Notes under the pieces: generated by a model | The model's input: only the letters and a program-made list of their open reading frames with translations | What the model was told of the DNA's origin: nothing | The model's database searches: none | Part shown: positions 13,485 to 27,035 of the stretch, piece after piece | How positions within the stretch are numbered: the stretch's first letter is position 1 | Layout of the letters: each line of letters starts with the position of its first letter | Translations under genes and position numbers: made by a program | DNA from: Chiloscyllium plagiosum | Taxonomy: Eukaryota | Assembly: GCF_004010195.1 (NCBI RefSeq) | Contig: NC_057719.1 | Location: 2,207,773-2,271,772, forward strand | Direction of reading: 5' to 3' | DNA: 64,000 nt

Positions 13485-13604
13485 ACTTGAATTACTGTGG
13501 GACACACCATCCGTGTATCAATGGAGGAACTTGTATGAACACAGAACCTGACGAATACCAGTGTGTTTGTCCTGAAGGGTATTCTGGCAAGACCTGTCAT
13601 AACG
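13485..13604 (+). CDS. JAG2: Jagged exon 7 (EGF3): [40 protein letters not shown]
   Basis: gaAG acceptor, GTaagt donor, 120 nt; C2-X4-T-C3 O-fucose motif CINGGTC. Confidence 0.95.
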
Positions 13605-14315
13605 GTAAGTGTGCAGTGTACCATAGCTGCAGAGTCACCTCTACTCCCACGTACAGCGGGAGTGTCATTTTCCAAGGGGTGCAGTTCTGTTGGCTCCTGT
13701 GCCCTGCAGCTGTCCTTTTGTGTGTGATCAGATAGTATGATATTAGAAGATTAATCAACAGCTCCTTTTTTGGGGGAGTGTGGCGCACAAGAAAGAAATA
13801 CTTTGCAGGCAAGCCTGATCCTGTCGTCCCGGTACACTTTATTCAGTAAAGGCAGTGTGAATAGGATGTCTGCCTAAATTTGTTTTTCTCCTATCCTGTT
13901 CCCCCACCCCAATCAGAGGGTGCTCCCCACAAAACAGTGAAGTTTTTACACTGCATCCTTTCACACAGCGTGGATGTTGATTGGCCCTGGGCCATGGTGG
14001 TGAACCGCTGCAGTCCATATGCAGTAGGCAGACCCATATTGCCATCACGGAGGAAATTCCGGGATTTTGGCGCCGCGACAGTTAAAGAAGGGCAAATTTC
14101 ATTCCAGGTCAGGACGGTCAGTGGCTTGCAGGGGAACTTGTCAAGTGGTGATCTTCCCGTGTATCTGCTGCCCCTGTCCTTTGTGTTAGGTGAGGTTGGG
14201 AGGTTAGAAAATGCGGTGATAGGCAAACAAAGAAAAACAAAGCACTTTATAGCCAAACATTGTAAAATGCCCACATCCCCTGTCTTGAGTATTACAAAGC
14301 CGCTTTTGACTGAGT

Positions 14316-14660
14316 CATAGAGATGTACAGCATGCAAACAAACCCTTCGGTCCAACCCGTCCATGCCGACCAGATATCCCAACCCAATCTAGTCCCACCT
14401 GCCAGCACCCAGCCCATATCCCTCCAAACCCTTCCTATTCATATACCCATCCAAATGCCTCTTAAATGTTGCCCTTGTACCAGCCTCCACCACATCCTCT
14501 GGCAGCTCATTCCATACACGTACCACCCTCTGCATCCTATAGCTCAAATTCTCCAGCCCTGGCAACATCCTTGTAAATCTTTTCTAAACCCTTTCAAGTT
14601 TTACAACATCTTTCTGATAGGAAGGAGACCAGAACTGCACGTAATATTCCAACGGTGGCC
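14316..14660 (-). mobile_element. CR1/HER1-type LINE 3' fragment
   Basis: Reverse complement of the LINE 3' end seen at 16885-17427. Confidence 0.8.
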
Positions 14661-15304
14661 AGCTGTGAGGGATATGATTCAAAGCTTGGTTAGAGAGAGG
14701 CTTAAAGGAACTATGTAAAGGAGGAGTTTAGGCATTGAATTCCAAGGGTTTTAGAGCGAAAACAAATGAAGACCACAGAGTGGAGCAGTTTCCATTTGGG
14801 ATGCTGAAGGGAATGGAATTGGAGGAGCTCAGAAACATAGAGTGATAGACGCAAGGTTTGTGCCATTCAGCCCTTGAGTGTCACTGCTCTTTCCCATCGA
14901 CTCCAGAGACCTTGAATCGTTGGAGGGCTGGGGAAGGTGAGAGAACAAATAGGCAATTTATCCATTGAACCAATTGGGAAGATACACACGAATTGAGGCT
15001 TTTTGCTGGGAAGGATGAAAGTTTGAAGAAATGTTGTCAAATTGTGTTAGTCAAATGCTTTAGCATGAACGGCACTTGGGATAGTACTTGTGACATTTAA
15101 AGGAGAATTGGTTAAATATTTGCAAAGGGAAATCTAGAACCATGAAGATGAGCTTTTCTTTGAGCTAATGTTGGCACATTGAGCCACAGAACTCCACCTA
15201 TATCGTTGCCATGTTAAATATGCAGACTCCATTTCAGATGTATTGCTATCTCTGAACTTTGGTTTTAGACCCATGCTTTCAGTATTGTGACATCGTGTGG
15301 TGTC

Positions 15305-16140
15305 ATACAGTCAGAGTCCAACAGCGCAGAGACAGGCCCTTTGGCCCAAACTGGTCTATACCGACCAAAATGTCCGCCCACGCTAACCCCGTTTCCCTGC
15401 ACATGGCCCATACCCTTCTAGTCCTTTCCTATCCATGTATTTGTCCAAATGCCTTTTAAATGTTGTTAATGTACCCACCTCAACCACTTCCACTGGCAGC
15501 TCATTCCATATGCGTACCACCCTCTGTGTAAAAGAGTTGCCCCTCAGGTTCCCTTTTGTTCTTTCCCCTCTAACCTTAAACTGGTGCCCTCTGGTCCTCC
15601 AATCCCCAACCCTGGGAAAAAGACTGAGTGTATTCACCCTATCCATGTCTCTCATGATCTTATTCATCTCTATAAGATCCTCCCTCAGCCTCCTACACTC
15701 TATTAAAAAAAAAGGTGCTAGCTTATCCAATCTCTCCCTATAACTCAGACCATTGAGTCCTGGCAACATCCTTGTAAATCTTTTCTGCACTATTTCCAGT
15801 TTAATAACATCCTTCCTATAACAAGGTGACCAAAACTGAACACAATACTCCAAGTGCGGCCTCACCAATGACCTGTACAACTGCAATATAACTTCCCAAC
15901 TTGAATACTCAGTGCCCTGACTGATGAAGGTCAGTATGCCAATTGCCTTCGTCACTGCCCTGTCTACCTGGGACTCTACTTTCAGAGACCCGTGCACCTG
16001 AACTCCAAGGTCCCTCTGTTCCACTACACTCCTTAAGGCCCTACCATTCACCACGAAACTCCTACCTTGATTTGACTTTCCAAAACGCAAGTCCTCACAG
16101 TCATCTATATTAAACTCCATTTCTTGGCCCACTTTCCCTG
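15305..16140 (-). mobile_element. CR1/HER1-type LINE 3' fragment
   Basis: ORF 15383-16132: LYRSLVRPHLEYCVQFWSP...TRGHQFKV...FTQRVVRIWNELP. Confidence 0.9.
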
Positions 16141-16322
16141 CTGGTCAAGGTCCTGCTGCCTTATTTTAAATCCTAAACATCCTTTCCTGAGAAGGCAGCA
16201 TCAATCACCATGAACTAAATTGACCTCTGTCAATCCTGGGTTTGACTAGGTTTGTGGGGATTCTTTCTCCATGTTTGAGTCTAGCTCTGCCTGTCTGACC
16301 TTTCATTTTATTTCTTTCCCAG

Positions 16323-16436
16323 CTGAGCATGCTTGTGTGTCCAACCCGTGTGTGAACGGAGGGACCTGCTACGAGCTCCCATCTGGGTTTGAGTGCCGTT
16401 GTGCTTTGGGTTGGAATGGAACAACCTGTGAGCTTG
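16323..16436 (+). CDS. JAG2: Jagged exon 8 (EGF4): [38 protein letters not shown]
   Basis: tttcccAG acceptor, GTaggt donor, 114 nt. Confidence 0.95.
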
Positions 16437-16469
16437 GTAGGTCACTATCCACTTGTATTTAAAGAATGA

Positions 16470-16716
16470 TTCGGAGATGCCGGTGTTGGACTGGGGTGTA
16501 CAAAGTTAAAAATCACACAACACCAGGTTATAGTCCAACAGGTTTAATTGGAGGCACACTAGCTTTTGGAGAACCGTTCCTTCATCAGGTGATAGTGGAG
16601 GGCTCAATCCTAACAGAGTTTATAGCAAAAATTTACAGTGTGATGTATAATTTCAGAAAGCTAGTGCTTCCAATTAAACCTGTTGGACTATAACCTGGTG
16701 TTGTGTGATTTTTAAC
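16470..16716. mobile_element. Penelope-like fold-back insertion, variant C
   Basis: Inverted arms; TATTTAAAGAATGA duplicated at 16456-16469 and 16717-16730; related copies at ~51034-51114 and ~59700-59886. Confidence 0.75.
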
Positions 16717-16884
16717 TATTTAAAGAATGACATTGAAATCGGAAAACTTGTTAAAGTGTTGCACCTGAGCTTCATGAAGCAAAATACGACACCAACTCGC
16801 ATAAGATGTTAGATCCAAAAGCTTACTCATGAAGGTGTCATCAAGGATGGAAACAGATCATTCGTCCCAACGTCTTAAAAACGT

Positions 16885-18460
16885 TGGAATACTGCGTGCA
16901 GTTCTGGTCTCCTTCCTATCGGAAAGATGTTGTGAAACTTGGAAGGGCTCAGACAAGATTTACAAGGATGTTGCCAGGGTTGGAGGATTTGGGCTTAGGG
17001 AGAGGCTGAACAGGCTGGGACTGATTTCCCTGGAGCGTCGGAGGCCGAGGGTGACCATATAGAGGTTTGTAAAATTATGAGGGGCATGGATAGGGTAAAT
17101 AGACAAAGTCTTTTCCCTGGGGTGGGGGAATCCAGAACTAGAGGGCATAGGTTTAGGGTGAGAGGGGAAAGATATAAAAGAGACCTAAGGGGCAACTTTT
17201 TCACACAGAGGGTGGTACGTGTATGGAATGAACTGCCAGAGGAAGTGGTGGAGGCTGGTACAATTGCCACATTTAAAAGGCATTTGGATGGGTATATGAA
17301 TAGGAAGGGTTTGGAAGGATATGGGCCGGGTGCTGACAGGTGGGACTAGATTGGGTTGGGATATCTGGTTGGCATGGGCGGGTTGGACCCAAGGGTCTGT
17401 TTCCATGCTGTACATCTCTATGACTCTAAAAACCTTAAAGGTTCTAAGGAGCATCTTAAAAGAACACACAGAGGTGAAGAAGAGGTTTAAGGATAGAATT
17501 CCAGAGTTTGGAGCTATGACTTCTGAAGGCATGGGTGCCACTAGTTGAACAATTAAAATGCGGGGACATTCAAAGCCACAAATAACTCGAGTCCATGGAC
17601 AGTGAAGAAGGTCATCACGACAGGACCTTGATCAGATGGGCCAATGGGCTGAGAAGTGGCAGATGGAGTTTAATTTAGATAAATATAAGGTGTTACATTT
17701 TGGTAAAGCAAACCAGGGCAGGACTTATACACTTAACAGGACGGTCCTGGGGAGCGTTGCTGAACAAAGAGATGTAGGGATGCAGGTGCATTGCTTTGTG
17801 AAAGTGGACTCACAGGTAGGCAAGGTGGTGAAGAAGGTGTTGGGTATGCTTGTCATTATTGTCAGTGCATTAAGTATCGGAGGTGGAATGTCATTGTTGC
17901 AGCTATACAGGACATTGGTTAGGCCACTTTTTGAATACTGCTTTCAGTGATGGTCTCCCTGCTATAGGGAAGATTTTGGGAAACATGAAAGGATTCAGAA
18001 AAGATTTACAAGGATGTTGCCAGGTTTAGAGTGTTTGAGCTACAGGGAGAGGCTGAGTAGGCTGGGGCCGTTTTCCCTGGAGCATCAGAGGCTGAGGGGT
18101 GACCTTATAGAGGTTTATAAAATCATGAAGGATGTGGATAAAATGAATAGTCAAGGGCTTTTTCACAAGGTAAAGGAATCCAGAACTAGAGGGCATATGT
18201 TTAAGGTGAGAGGGGAAAGATTTAAAAGGGACCTGAGGGACAACGTTTTACACAAAGGGTGTTGCATATATGAACAAGCTGCCAGAGGAAGTGTTGGAAG
18301 CTGGGATAATTACAACATTTAAAAGGCATCTGGATGGGTACATGACTAGGAATAGAAATGCTGGCAAATGGGATGTCTGGTCAGTTTAGGATATCTGGTC
18401 AGCATGGACGAATTGGACTGAAGGGTCTATTTCCATGCTGTACAGTTCTTTGACTCTATG
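16885..18460 (+). mobile_element. Two tandem CR1/HER1-type LINE 3' fragments (~16885-17427, ~17625-18460)
   Basis: WAEKWQMEFN, RLRGDLIEVYKIM, TRGHRFRVRG, FFTQRVVRVWNELP. Confidence 0.88.
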
Positions 18461-21053
18461 GTAATTATTTGGAAGTCAGAACATTCAAAATGTGCAGCTG
18501 GACCAGCATTAATCTCCCATTTCCCACGATGTACATTTTCCCTGTTTCACTGCAGTTAGATTTACATCTGTTCACCATCTGTCATCCACTTACTGTACAT
18601 AGAAAGTGAAAAAGATCTTTATTCTGTACTTGTTCCTGCTGGAGAGAACCTCCCCATCGGAATCCTTGGCTAAAACTTTGGTTTGTGAAAGGACTTTGAG
18701 GACCACAGCCCAGCGGAGGTCATTCTGACAGAGATTTATTCCTATTGGAGAGTGTCAATGACTCCACTTGGGCAGTCTGGACAAGAACTGACTGTAACCC
18801 CTGATGTAACGTGACCAACAGATCACCACCTCCAGTACACGTTAAGCGGATAACACCAGTAGAGGAGACAAAATGGACCTTAGCAAGGGTCGCCAACGCT
18901 TGTTGATATTCACAGGGCAACAACTAGGAATTGTAGCCTGGCAGCTGCACTGGCTGTTGGGGAGTACCCCTGAGGGAGTGTGGTTGAGTTTAGACTTGCC
19001 CATTTTCTATGTGTCGCTTCCTTGGGCTGAATACAGACTTGAAGGGCAGTTCAGCACAAACCAGGCAAATAGAGACTAGGTTTAGAATGGAGGTCAGGGT
19101 AAAAGATTCATGTGCAAATTGATGCCAGGATATTATACATTTTATTTTATTGTACAAGTTTAAGCAGATCTTTGAGAGTTTTGCCTCACTGACTGTTACT
19201 ATGATTTAAGCATGGTATCTTTGGGGAAGTTCTGAAGCAGGGTCACTGGACCTGAAACGTTAGCTTAGCTTTCTATCCTCGGACGCTGCCAGCCTGCTGA
19301 GCTTCTCCAGCAATTTCTGTTTTTGTATCTTTAGGGTGGCCTGAGGTGAACAGTTTCTGTGCACAGTTCAGCTCCTGTACACCGTGCTTCCTTCAATCAA
19401 ATGCCAGTATTTGTGACCTGTGCATCTACCTTCCAGAGCTGTGCTCACTCCACAGTACCATGAATGCATGCAGATTCAGATTAATGGCGGATGGAGAGAG
19501 CACTGGGCAGTAGGGAGAGAGGAAAAGAGACCAGAACATTTATATTGACCATCTTCTTTGACAATGGGAATCAATTTGTTGTGGTCAAATCCTTACTGTT
19601 GCATCCATTTGGAATTGTGGATTTTGGAGAGCTCTGTTTTGGCCTGTACAGTGGAAAGTTTCAAAGCATTGTGCTGCATCGCATGGTGATTGAGCTTGGG
19701 GTGGTTTCAGTGATGGCTTGGTGCACCGTGTCCAGTGGGGCATACCTACTGTTTTCATTTGAGAAGAAAGATCTCACAGCCTACCCCCAAATGACTTTTG
19801 GACATTGTTAATGCAATATTCAAAGAGAACCAAATGAAATGGGGCAAATAACATTGGAAAGCCAGCAGCTTTTGCACTTCCCCCTTCCACTGTTAAAGAA
19901 CCTGCGCATTACAAAGCTACCACCTTCAGAGGAGCAAAGGGAAAATACATCATTGCCTGCACTAAACCATGTCATACTAACATGGAAGTATATCACTGTG
20001 TCTCACTATCAATGCATCAAAGTCCCGCAACTCCCTCTCTAACATCAGCGGGGGTGTACCTACTCCACTGATACCCTGCAGTGCAATAAGGTGACTCACC
20101 ACCACCACTATAAGGGCAATTAGGGACAGATAATAAACATTGCCAAACCACTGACACACATCCTGTGAGTCTTCTTGAAAAGATATCTTTTCCAGCTCCT
20201 TATCAGATCTCTTAAATGTCGCAAAGCACTTCGCCGACAGTTCTAGAAATATCCGAATTAGGAGCCGGAATAGGCCATTCGGCCCTTTGAGCTTGCAGCA
20301 CCGTTCGATATGATCATTGCTGATCTTAAACTTCATGTCATCTTCCTGCTTCCTCTCCATCCCCCTCGATGGCTTTAAAATCTAAAACATTATTTGTTGC
20401 TGTCTTGAATATATTAATGACTTGGGCTGCGTAGCCTTCTGTGGAAACATTAGCCAAGGATTACTAGTGCAGTGTCATTCTCCCTACACTATAGTCAGCC
20501 CTGGTGGTCGCTTGTCAATACAGAGGGCAGAGAATTAAGGGCACCCTGGGAGCCAACTTTCATACCTCAGGATCCCAAAGCTGGGGATGAGATTTGTTTC
20601 TGGTGGTGATGGCTGAAGGAGGGATGTTGGCTGAGACACTGATATTGAAGACTTGCTGCTTCCTCTTCAAGAACATCATGGAGTTCAGGCATGGGGAGAC
20701 CTCACTTTAACAATAATCAGTTTCGCCATTCAGACCCAGCAGACAGATGCCTGCATACCCCTATTTCCACAGTCTACTGGCATTCTTGGGTGACTCCACG
20801 TAATACACAGCAGGTATTAAGAGGCCAGTTAGCTGGCTCTTACATTCAGGACTGCGGATGTGTCATTTTCACTCTGCCAAAGTCCTCATTTCTGTTCAAT
20901 CTGATGATGGGCTGCTGATGGAGTAGTGTAGAAGTCGAATATTTTCAAAGGTTTGATGTAAATTTTACCGGCTTGTAAAACCTAACGCTTTTGCAATAAT
21001 CTTTATGCAGTAATTGTCATCATTGTTATTTTGGGACCTCTCTCTCTCTGCAG

Positions 21054-21167
21054 ACATAAACGAATGTGTGTCCAGCCCTTGTGCACATGGTGGGACTTGT
21101 ATTAATCATGTCAATGGATTTGAGTGCATCTGCCCTGAGCAATGGATCGGGAAAACTTGCCAGCTGG
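21054..21167 (+). CDS. JAG2: Jagged exon 9 (EGF5): [38 protein letters not shown]
   Basis: ctctgcAG acceptor, GTaagg donor, 114 nt. Confidence 0.95.
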
Positions 21168-22640
21168 GTAAGGAATTCATATCAACTTCTGCTTGGAAAT
21201 AGTCTCTCTGCAAACGGTTCATGGCCACAGATAACATGCTTTAACAGATAGGTCAGCTAATGATTTTGGAAAACTGGCTTCAGAGGTTAAATGGCTTGCA
21301 GAGTCCATGATCTTGTTGCATGACGACGCTAGCTCTTGGTGCACGTGGGGTTGGGTTCCTGGAGGCGTGGTGCTTAGCCTTGAATAGGATTGGCATTGCT
21401 TCAGTCTGGTGCCTTGTTTGATGGTAGTGCTGAATTCCTTTCCTGAAGCCTTACTAACTTCTGTTTCCTGTTTTTATAAATTGTGGTGATTGCTGTATAG
21501 GGAAACAAAATATATGATCTTCTGTGGTGGCCAGGAAAATGTATTAATATCATGAGCAGGCACCTGACCCTGTAATAAATTTGAAGTGTTTTCTTTGGGT
21601 GGGAACCTGGCTGATGTCTCTGCAGGAGAAACCTTTGCTCCTACGTGAGCTCGTCTGGGACTAATCCCATCACTTGGTAATTTTTGTTGCGAAGGCTTTT
21701 CCGGGTTATTTTACATGAGGAAGCCATCCTCTGACTGCCCTTACACCTACCTCACCCCTCCCTCAGCATCTCCGAGTGGTTAGATTGCTGAAGGTTGCTG
21801 GTTCAGTGTTGAGGACGTTGCTGAAACTGTGCCATTTGGCAGCAGAAGAAACCTGGAACTGTCTCCCCTCGAAATAGCTGGGGCAGCGAGTGTTTGAAAC
21901 TTTCAAAACCGGGAGCAGTATTCTTATTATTGCTGCTAAGGGTATTAAGGGACATACACTAAGGTGGACTTGATTATTTAAAGTACCGTTTCCCCTCCCT
22001 GTCGATCGAATTAAATGGGGTGTGCCAGGCTAAATAGTTTTGTCCTGTTGTTCTACTGTAAAGACAAGGATCAGGCGAAGAGGCGTGAGACCTTAATGCC
22101 CTGAGAACTTTGCCCTCTCTCATGGTGATGAGAAGTTAGTGTGGAATGCAGAGATCCTAAAATCCTGGAATTCCCTCCCTCAGGGCATTGTGGGTCAATC
22201 TACAGCACATGGACTGCAGCGGTTCAAGAAGGCAGCTCACCCCTACCTTCTCAAGGGGCAACTAGGGATGGGCAGTAAATACTGGGGCAGCCAGGGACAC
22301 CCACATCCCACAAAAATTAATAAAAATAAATAACTCTGAGTTCCCAGCACTGGGTTAGGCAGAGCAGTGTGTCTGGTATAACCCAAAAGGAAAAATTGTT
22401 GTACGGTTGGGCAATTTGATTGAAGCGGTGTTGAAATATGAAAACATACAATGACTGGCCTCCTCCTGAGCTCCTTCAGCCCATTGGGCCTATCCCAGTC
22501 CTTTGGTTAAAACTATCCAGTTGATTCCAATCCTCATTGTTCAGGAAAGTATTTTTCTAGAATGGTTTGTTCGAGTCTCTTTTGAATATTGCTATTGGAT
22601 CCATTGCTGTTACCGTCCCAGTCAAAGCATTCCAAATGGT

Positions 22641-22781
22641 TCTGGATTAGTGGTGCCGGAAGAGCACAGCAGTTCAGGCAGCATCCAAGGAGCTTCTTGG
22701 ATGCTGCCTGAACTGCTGTGCCCTTCCAGCACCACTAATCCAGAATCTGATTTCCAGCATCTGCAGTTATTGTTTTTACCT
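22641..22781. mobile_element. Penelope-derived hairpin insertion, variant A arms
   Basis: ~50-bp near-perfect palindrome; AGCATTCCAAATGGT duplicated at 22626-22640 and 22782-22796. Confidence 0.8.
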
Positions 22782-22994
22782 AGCATTCCAAATGGTAACA
22801 ACTTCCTGAGTAAAAGGGTTCAAGGTCTGGGGATATCTCTGCTCCTAAATTAAACAATGCATGAGGTGGTGTGGTTTCTTGCTGATTTACATGTTTGGGT
22901 CTTTCTCTAGCTGGCTTGCTTTTTGAGCTGTGGTTGCTGACTGTCCCTTTGTCTCTCTGTTTGTCTCTCCCTGCCTCTCCACATCCTCCCACAG

Positions 22995-23108
22995 ATGCTA
23001 ATGAATGTGAGATGGAGCCTTGCGTTAATGCTTATTCTTGCAGAAACTTGATTGGTGGATATTACTGTGACTGCTTCCTGGGATGGTCTGGACAAAACTG
23101 TGACGTCC
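22995..23108 (+). CDS. JAG2: Jagged exon 10 (EGF6): [38 protein letters not shown]
   Basis: cccacAG acceptor; weak donor CC|GTcagt gives the expected 114 nt. Confidence 0.9.
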
Positions 23109-23801
23109 GTCAGTATTCACTTCATGTTTTCATATCCATGAAAATACCTGCGCACGGTTTTGAAGTCTTGTAGTGGGGAAGTACAGGGGTATTGGGCAGG
23201 CAGATGGCAATGTGGATTTAGAAACACAAACGGATTTCTCATGATCTTGTTGAAAGCCAGAGCAAGCTAAAGGGGCTGGTTCAACACCCATATTATTCGC
23301 TTGTAACAACAGGCAGGTGTTTCTTAGATCAAAGGTGATGTTCACCACTGCAGTCCTCTGCCATCAGGTGGGTCACTGAATAATAGAGTCACATGGGGGT
23401 GTCACAGATTAGTAAAGCCTTTGATTCTCTTAATCTGGCTGTCACTGAGAAAGATGGCACTTTGTACTTTGCCCTTGCTTGAAATCGCATAGTTCATGTT
23501 ACTCCGACAGTGCTGTTGGTGGGGGTGGGGGTTCCAAGAACTTGACCCAACGCTATGTCCATCACAGTGGTTGTTAACTTGAAGGGTACTTGGAAATGAT
23601 GCTATTCCCACGTACCTCCTATCCACACCTTCCTATGTGGTGAAGGTTATGGGTTATGGAAGTATTCTGCAGTCTGTTGGGAGGCTGTACTGGGAAAGAC
23701 GTCAACTGGAAATTCTCTCTCTGATCAGTTCTGATTGTTCTGGAAAGTGTTGTGGGTATCAATGGAAGGGATTGGGCTTGGATGTGAGAGCTTCCACTGC
23801 C

Positions 23802-24040
23802 CTAGTCTCCCTCTCCCAGTCTCCCTCTCCCAGTCTCCCTCTCCCAGTCTCCCTCTCCCAGTCTCCCTCTCCCAGTGCCTCTCTCCCAATGCCCTCTCCC
23901 AGAACCCCACTGCCCCTCCAACTGCCCCTGTCTCTCTCCCACTGCCCCTGTATCTCTCTCTCTCCCCCAGTGTCCCCATGCCCATCTTGCAGTGTCCTAG
24001 TCCCTCTCCCAGTGCCCCAGTCCCTCTCACAGTCCCCCTG
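23802..24040 (+). repeat. Pyrimidine-rich ~14-bp minisatellite (CCCAGTCTCCCTCT)n, decaying 3'
   Basis: Tandem units visible directly. Confidence 0.9.
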
Positions 24041-24442
24041 TGTCCCTGTCACATATTCCGGGTGTCCTTACATATGGAAATGCTGATTTGGGATGTGAGT
24101 TGCTGGAGGCTGCAGGAGTTTCCTCCTGTACCTCAGAGCTCAGAAAGGGATTGAATAAAGCCTGTTTCTGGGTTACCGGCAGAGCAAGGAAAACTGGGAA
24201 ACCCCAGCTCCTCTCGCTGTGAAACAAACCCCCTCCCTTACTGCAGAGAATTCAGCAGCAGAGGAGTTGCAACCAGCCCTACACCTTCACACCTAGATCG
24301 GAATACTGCTGTCCAATGTTTGAGTAGGTGGGGACAGGGAATGAAAAGTGGCAGGCTCAGACCAATAAATCAGATTACAGGCCCCTCTGCAGTGTCCTTT
24401 TAAATGACATCTTGTGTAATTCCCGGCTTGTTGTCTCTTCAG

Positions 24443-24489
24443 ATAATGACATCTGCCATGGACAGTGTCAGAATGGAGGGACGTGCAAG
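24443..24489 (+). CDS. JAG2: Jagged micro-exon 11 (N-terminal part of EGF7): (H)NDICHGQCQNGGTCK
   Basis: ttgtctcttcAG acceptor, AAG|GTatga donor, 47 nt; its frame is not in the ORF track. Confidence 0.92.
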
Positions 24490-25604
24490 GTATGAAAAGA
24501 ACTGTTTGCAATAGAATGACGTTATATAGTACTGAAACACTTCCAAAGTATTTCTGTGTTTATGCTGCATACGCGCCGTCTCTCACTTTGATTCATTCCC
24601 CTTCCCAATCGGCATATCCTTTCAAACAAATAATTATTTTCATTCACAGCCTTTTGAATTAGATCTTCCTTTCAGTACCCACATGCTAGTATAGGAACTG
24701 CCTAGTGAAGATGAATTTTAAGATTAAACTATAGAATCTTGAAAATGGCCTGTTTCCTGCAAATGCAATAGACTTAAAGATATCTTAATTGTTGGAAAGC
24801 TCTGCAAATTAAAACATACATCTGGCCTTTTATTCAGGGGTGGTTGTGTGCTGTTTGAAGGGTTCCCCAGCTCCTTAGGAAGGTAATACACTCCTTGGGA
24901 ATACCAGTCAGATATTAATTGGAGCTATTTATAGACCACTGAGCAGTCGTAGTAGTGTGGGGCACAGTATTAATAAGGAGATGAGAGATGTTTGTACAAT
25001 GGGCAACACAGTTATCATGGGTAATTTATATTTCCGTATGCACTGGCTAGACCAATTGAGCATTAAAAGTGTGGTGGAAGGGTTTCTGGAGTGAGATGAG
25101 ATTTCTAGAGCAGGAGGTTAAACTGACTAGATGACTGTTGATTTTAGAACTAGCATTATGTAAATGCTATTATGTCCAAAGATGTGCAGGTTAGGTGGAT
25201 TGGCCATGCTAGGTTAACTGTAGTGTCCCGGAATGTGTCGGCTAGGTGGATTAGCCATGGGAAATTCAGGGTTAGAGGGATAGGTAAGGGGTCTGGGTGG
25301 GATGCTCTTTGGAAGGTTACTGCAGACTTGATGGGCTGAATGGCCTCTTTCCACATTGTAGGGATTCTGTGATTCTGATGAAAGGGGGCTAATCAATCCT
25401 CTTGTGAAAGAAGGTTTAGGGAAGAGTGACCACAGTTTGGTAGAATTTTACGTTACGTTTGAAAGTGAGGTGGTTCATTCTGAAGCAAGGGTGTTAAATT
25501 TGAACAAGGGAAATTATGATGACATGAGGTACAAATTGGCTGAGTTTGATTAGGGAGCTGCTGTTTTGAAGTGTTGAATAACTGCTGGTCTTGTCCTTGA
25601 GGTA

Positions 25605-26367
25605 TTATGAAGCATGTACTGTATCTTTAAGAGAGAGTGACTGCTGTTCTGAACTGAGAGCTTACACACACCTGTATATGACTAGATGGCAGTCCCAGAG
25701 TGTTTTAGAACATTGAAAATTTGTAACATTTGGCTGTGAAATGGATACTGAGTTTTGGTTGCTGTTTTGACAACAATTTGAATTTAACCAATCGGTTAAA
25801 ATTATGCCCCAGGATACCAAAACCCAGTTGAGTTTGAATTTATTGTTTTGCCAACATTGGACCAATGAGATGATCCGATGTTGGGAGGTACAAGAATGTG
25901 AACAGTTTGAAAATTGGTGAGAGCTAATTGCCCATCTAACATCTTGCTCTCAAAGAAATTGGAAAACACTCTCTATCAAAGGTACCTTTTCATGTGAAGC
26001 ATACTTGCAGTAAAAAGAAAGAAGACAACCCAGGGAGATCAGCAGCTGGAAAACACTGAAGAAGACAGAAGATGTGGAGTTTTGAAATGAAGTTGATGTA
26101 ACTTTACTAAGTGTCTTATTGGAACAGCATGTTATTATAGAGTTTGAGGTAGATACTAAGCATTAAGAGAAGGAAGAGCTTGGATTTGTGAATAGTTTTT
26201 TGTTTAATGCTCACTTTTAGAGTTAGAAAATAAATTTATGTTATTTTCTTTTAATCGTGGAATTTGGGAGATCTCCGTCACTCATATTTTAACAGATTAT
26301 GAGGCGAGGTGAGCTTTGCTGGGTGTTTGGTTTAATTAACAGAAAAGGTTCACCTCCGTGTTGTAAG
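25605..26367 (+). mobile_element. Solo-LTR-like element; partial interrupted copy at ~40560-41270
   Basis: Termini resemble the reverse complement of 36064-37059; AATAAA near 26229; internal segments recur at 40600-41270. Confidence 0.6.
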
Positions 26368-27035
26368 AGGGAAAGACGTCTGCAGTCCTTATCTCCACAT
26401 GACTCCAGATCCACAGCACAGTGATTGTTCTTAACTAGCCTCTGAAATAACTGAGTAAACCCCTCAGTTAAAGGGCACTTCAGGAGACCCAACAAATGCT
26501 AATCTTGCCACCAACATCCATATCCCATGAAAAGAGTAAAGATAAAGATGCCCCTGAAATTTCTCCCAGGGATAATTGCCCCTTTCCTAACTCTCAAAAT
26601 CAACTTGTATTTTTATATTTTTTTTAATAAGGCACTATCCAACAAGAAAATAACACTGAATGTCATCAGGAGATGAGGGGCAGTAGATTGAACTGAAAAC
26701 AAAACATGCTAGAAATCCCAGCGGGTCAGGCAGCATCCATGGAGAGAGAGCTAGCTAATGTTTCCAGTCGAGATGACTCTTCATCAGATGCTGCCTGACC
26801 ACTGATATTTAGCATTTGTTTTGCTTTCAGTACAGAGTCCAGCATCTGCAGTAATTTGTTCTGACTATATGGCAGTAGTTTGGAGTTTGGTTTGTAGATT
26901 TTAAGGAGGAAAGAAAGGGGTGGGGACTGGGAAAGAAATTCCAGAATCCTGACGACTGAAGGCAGAGTACCACTTGTGGGTCTGTGGATTCCAGAAGAAT
27001 GTTATTATGACTGTGACTTCTTTGTAACATTTCAG

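Noticed and set aside
23637..24154. Ser/Pro-rich or Gly/Glu/Arg-rich ORFs
   Set aside because: Translations of a minisatellite with no splice support.
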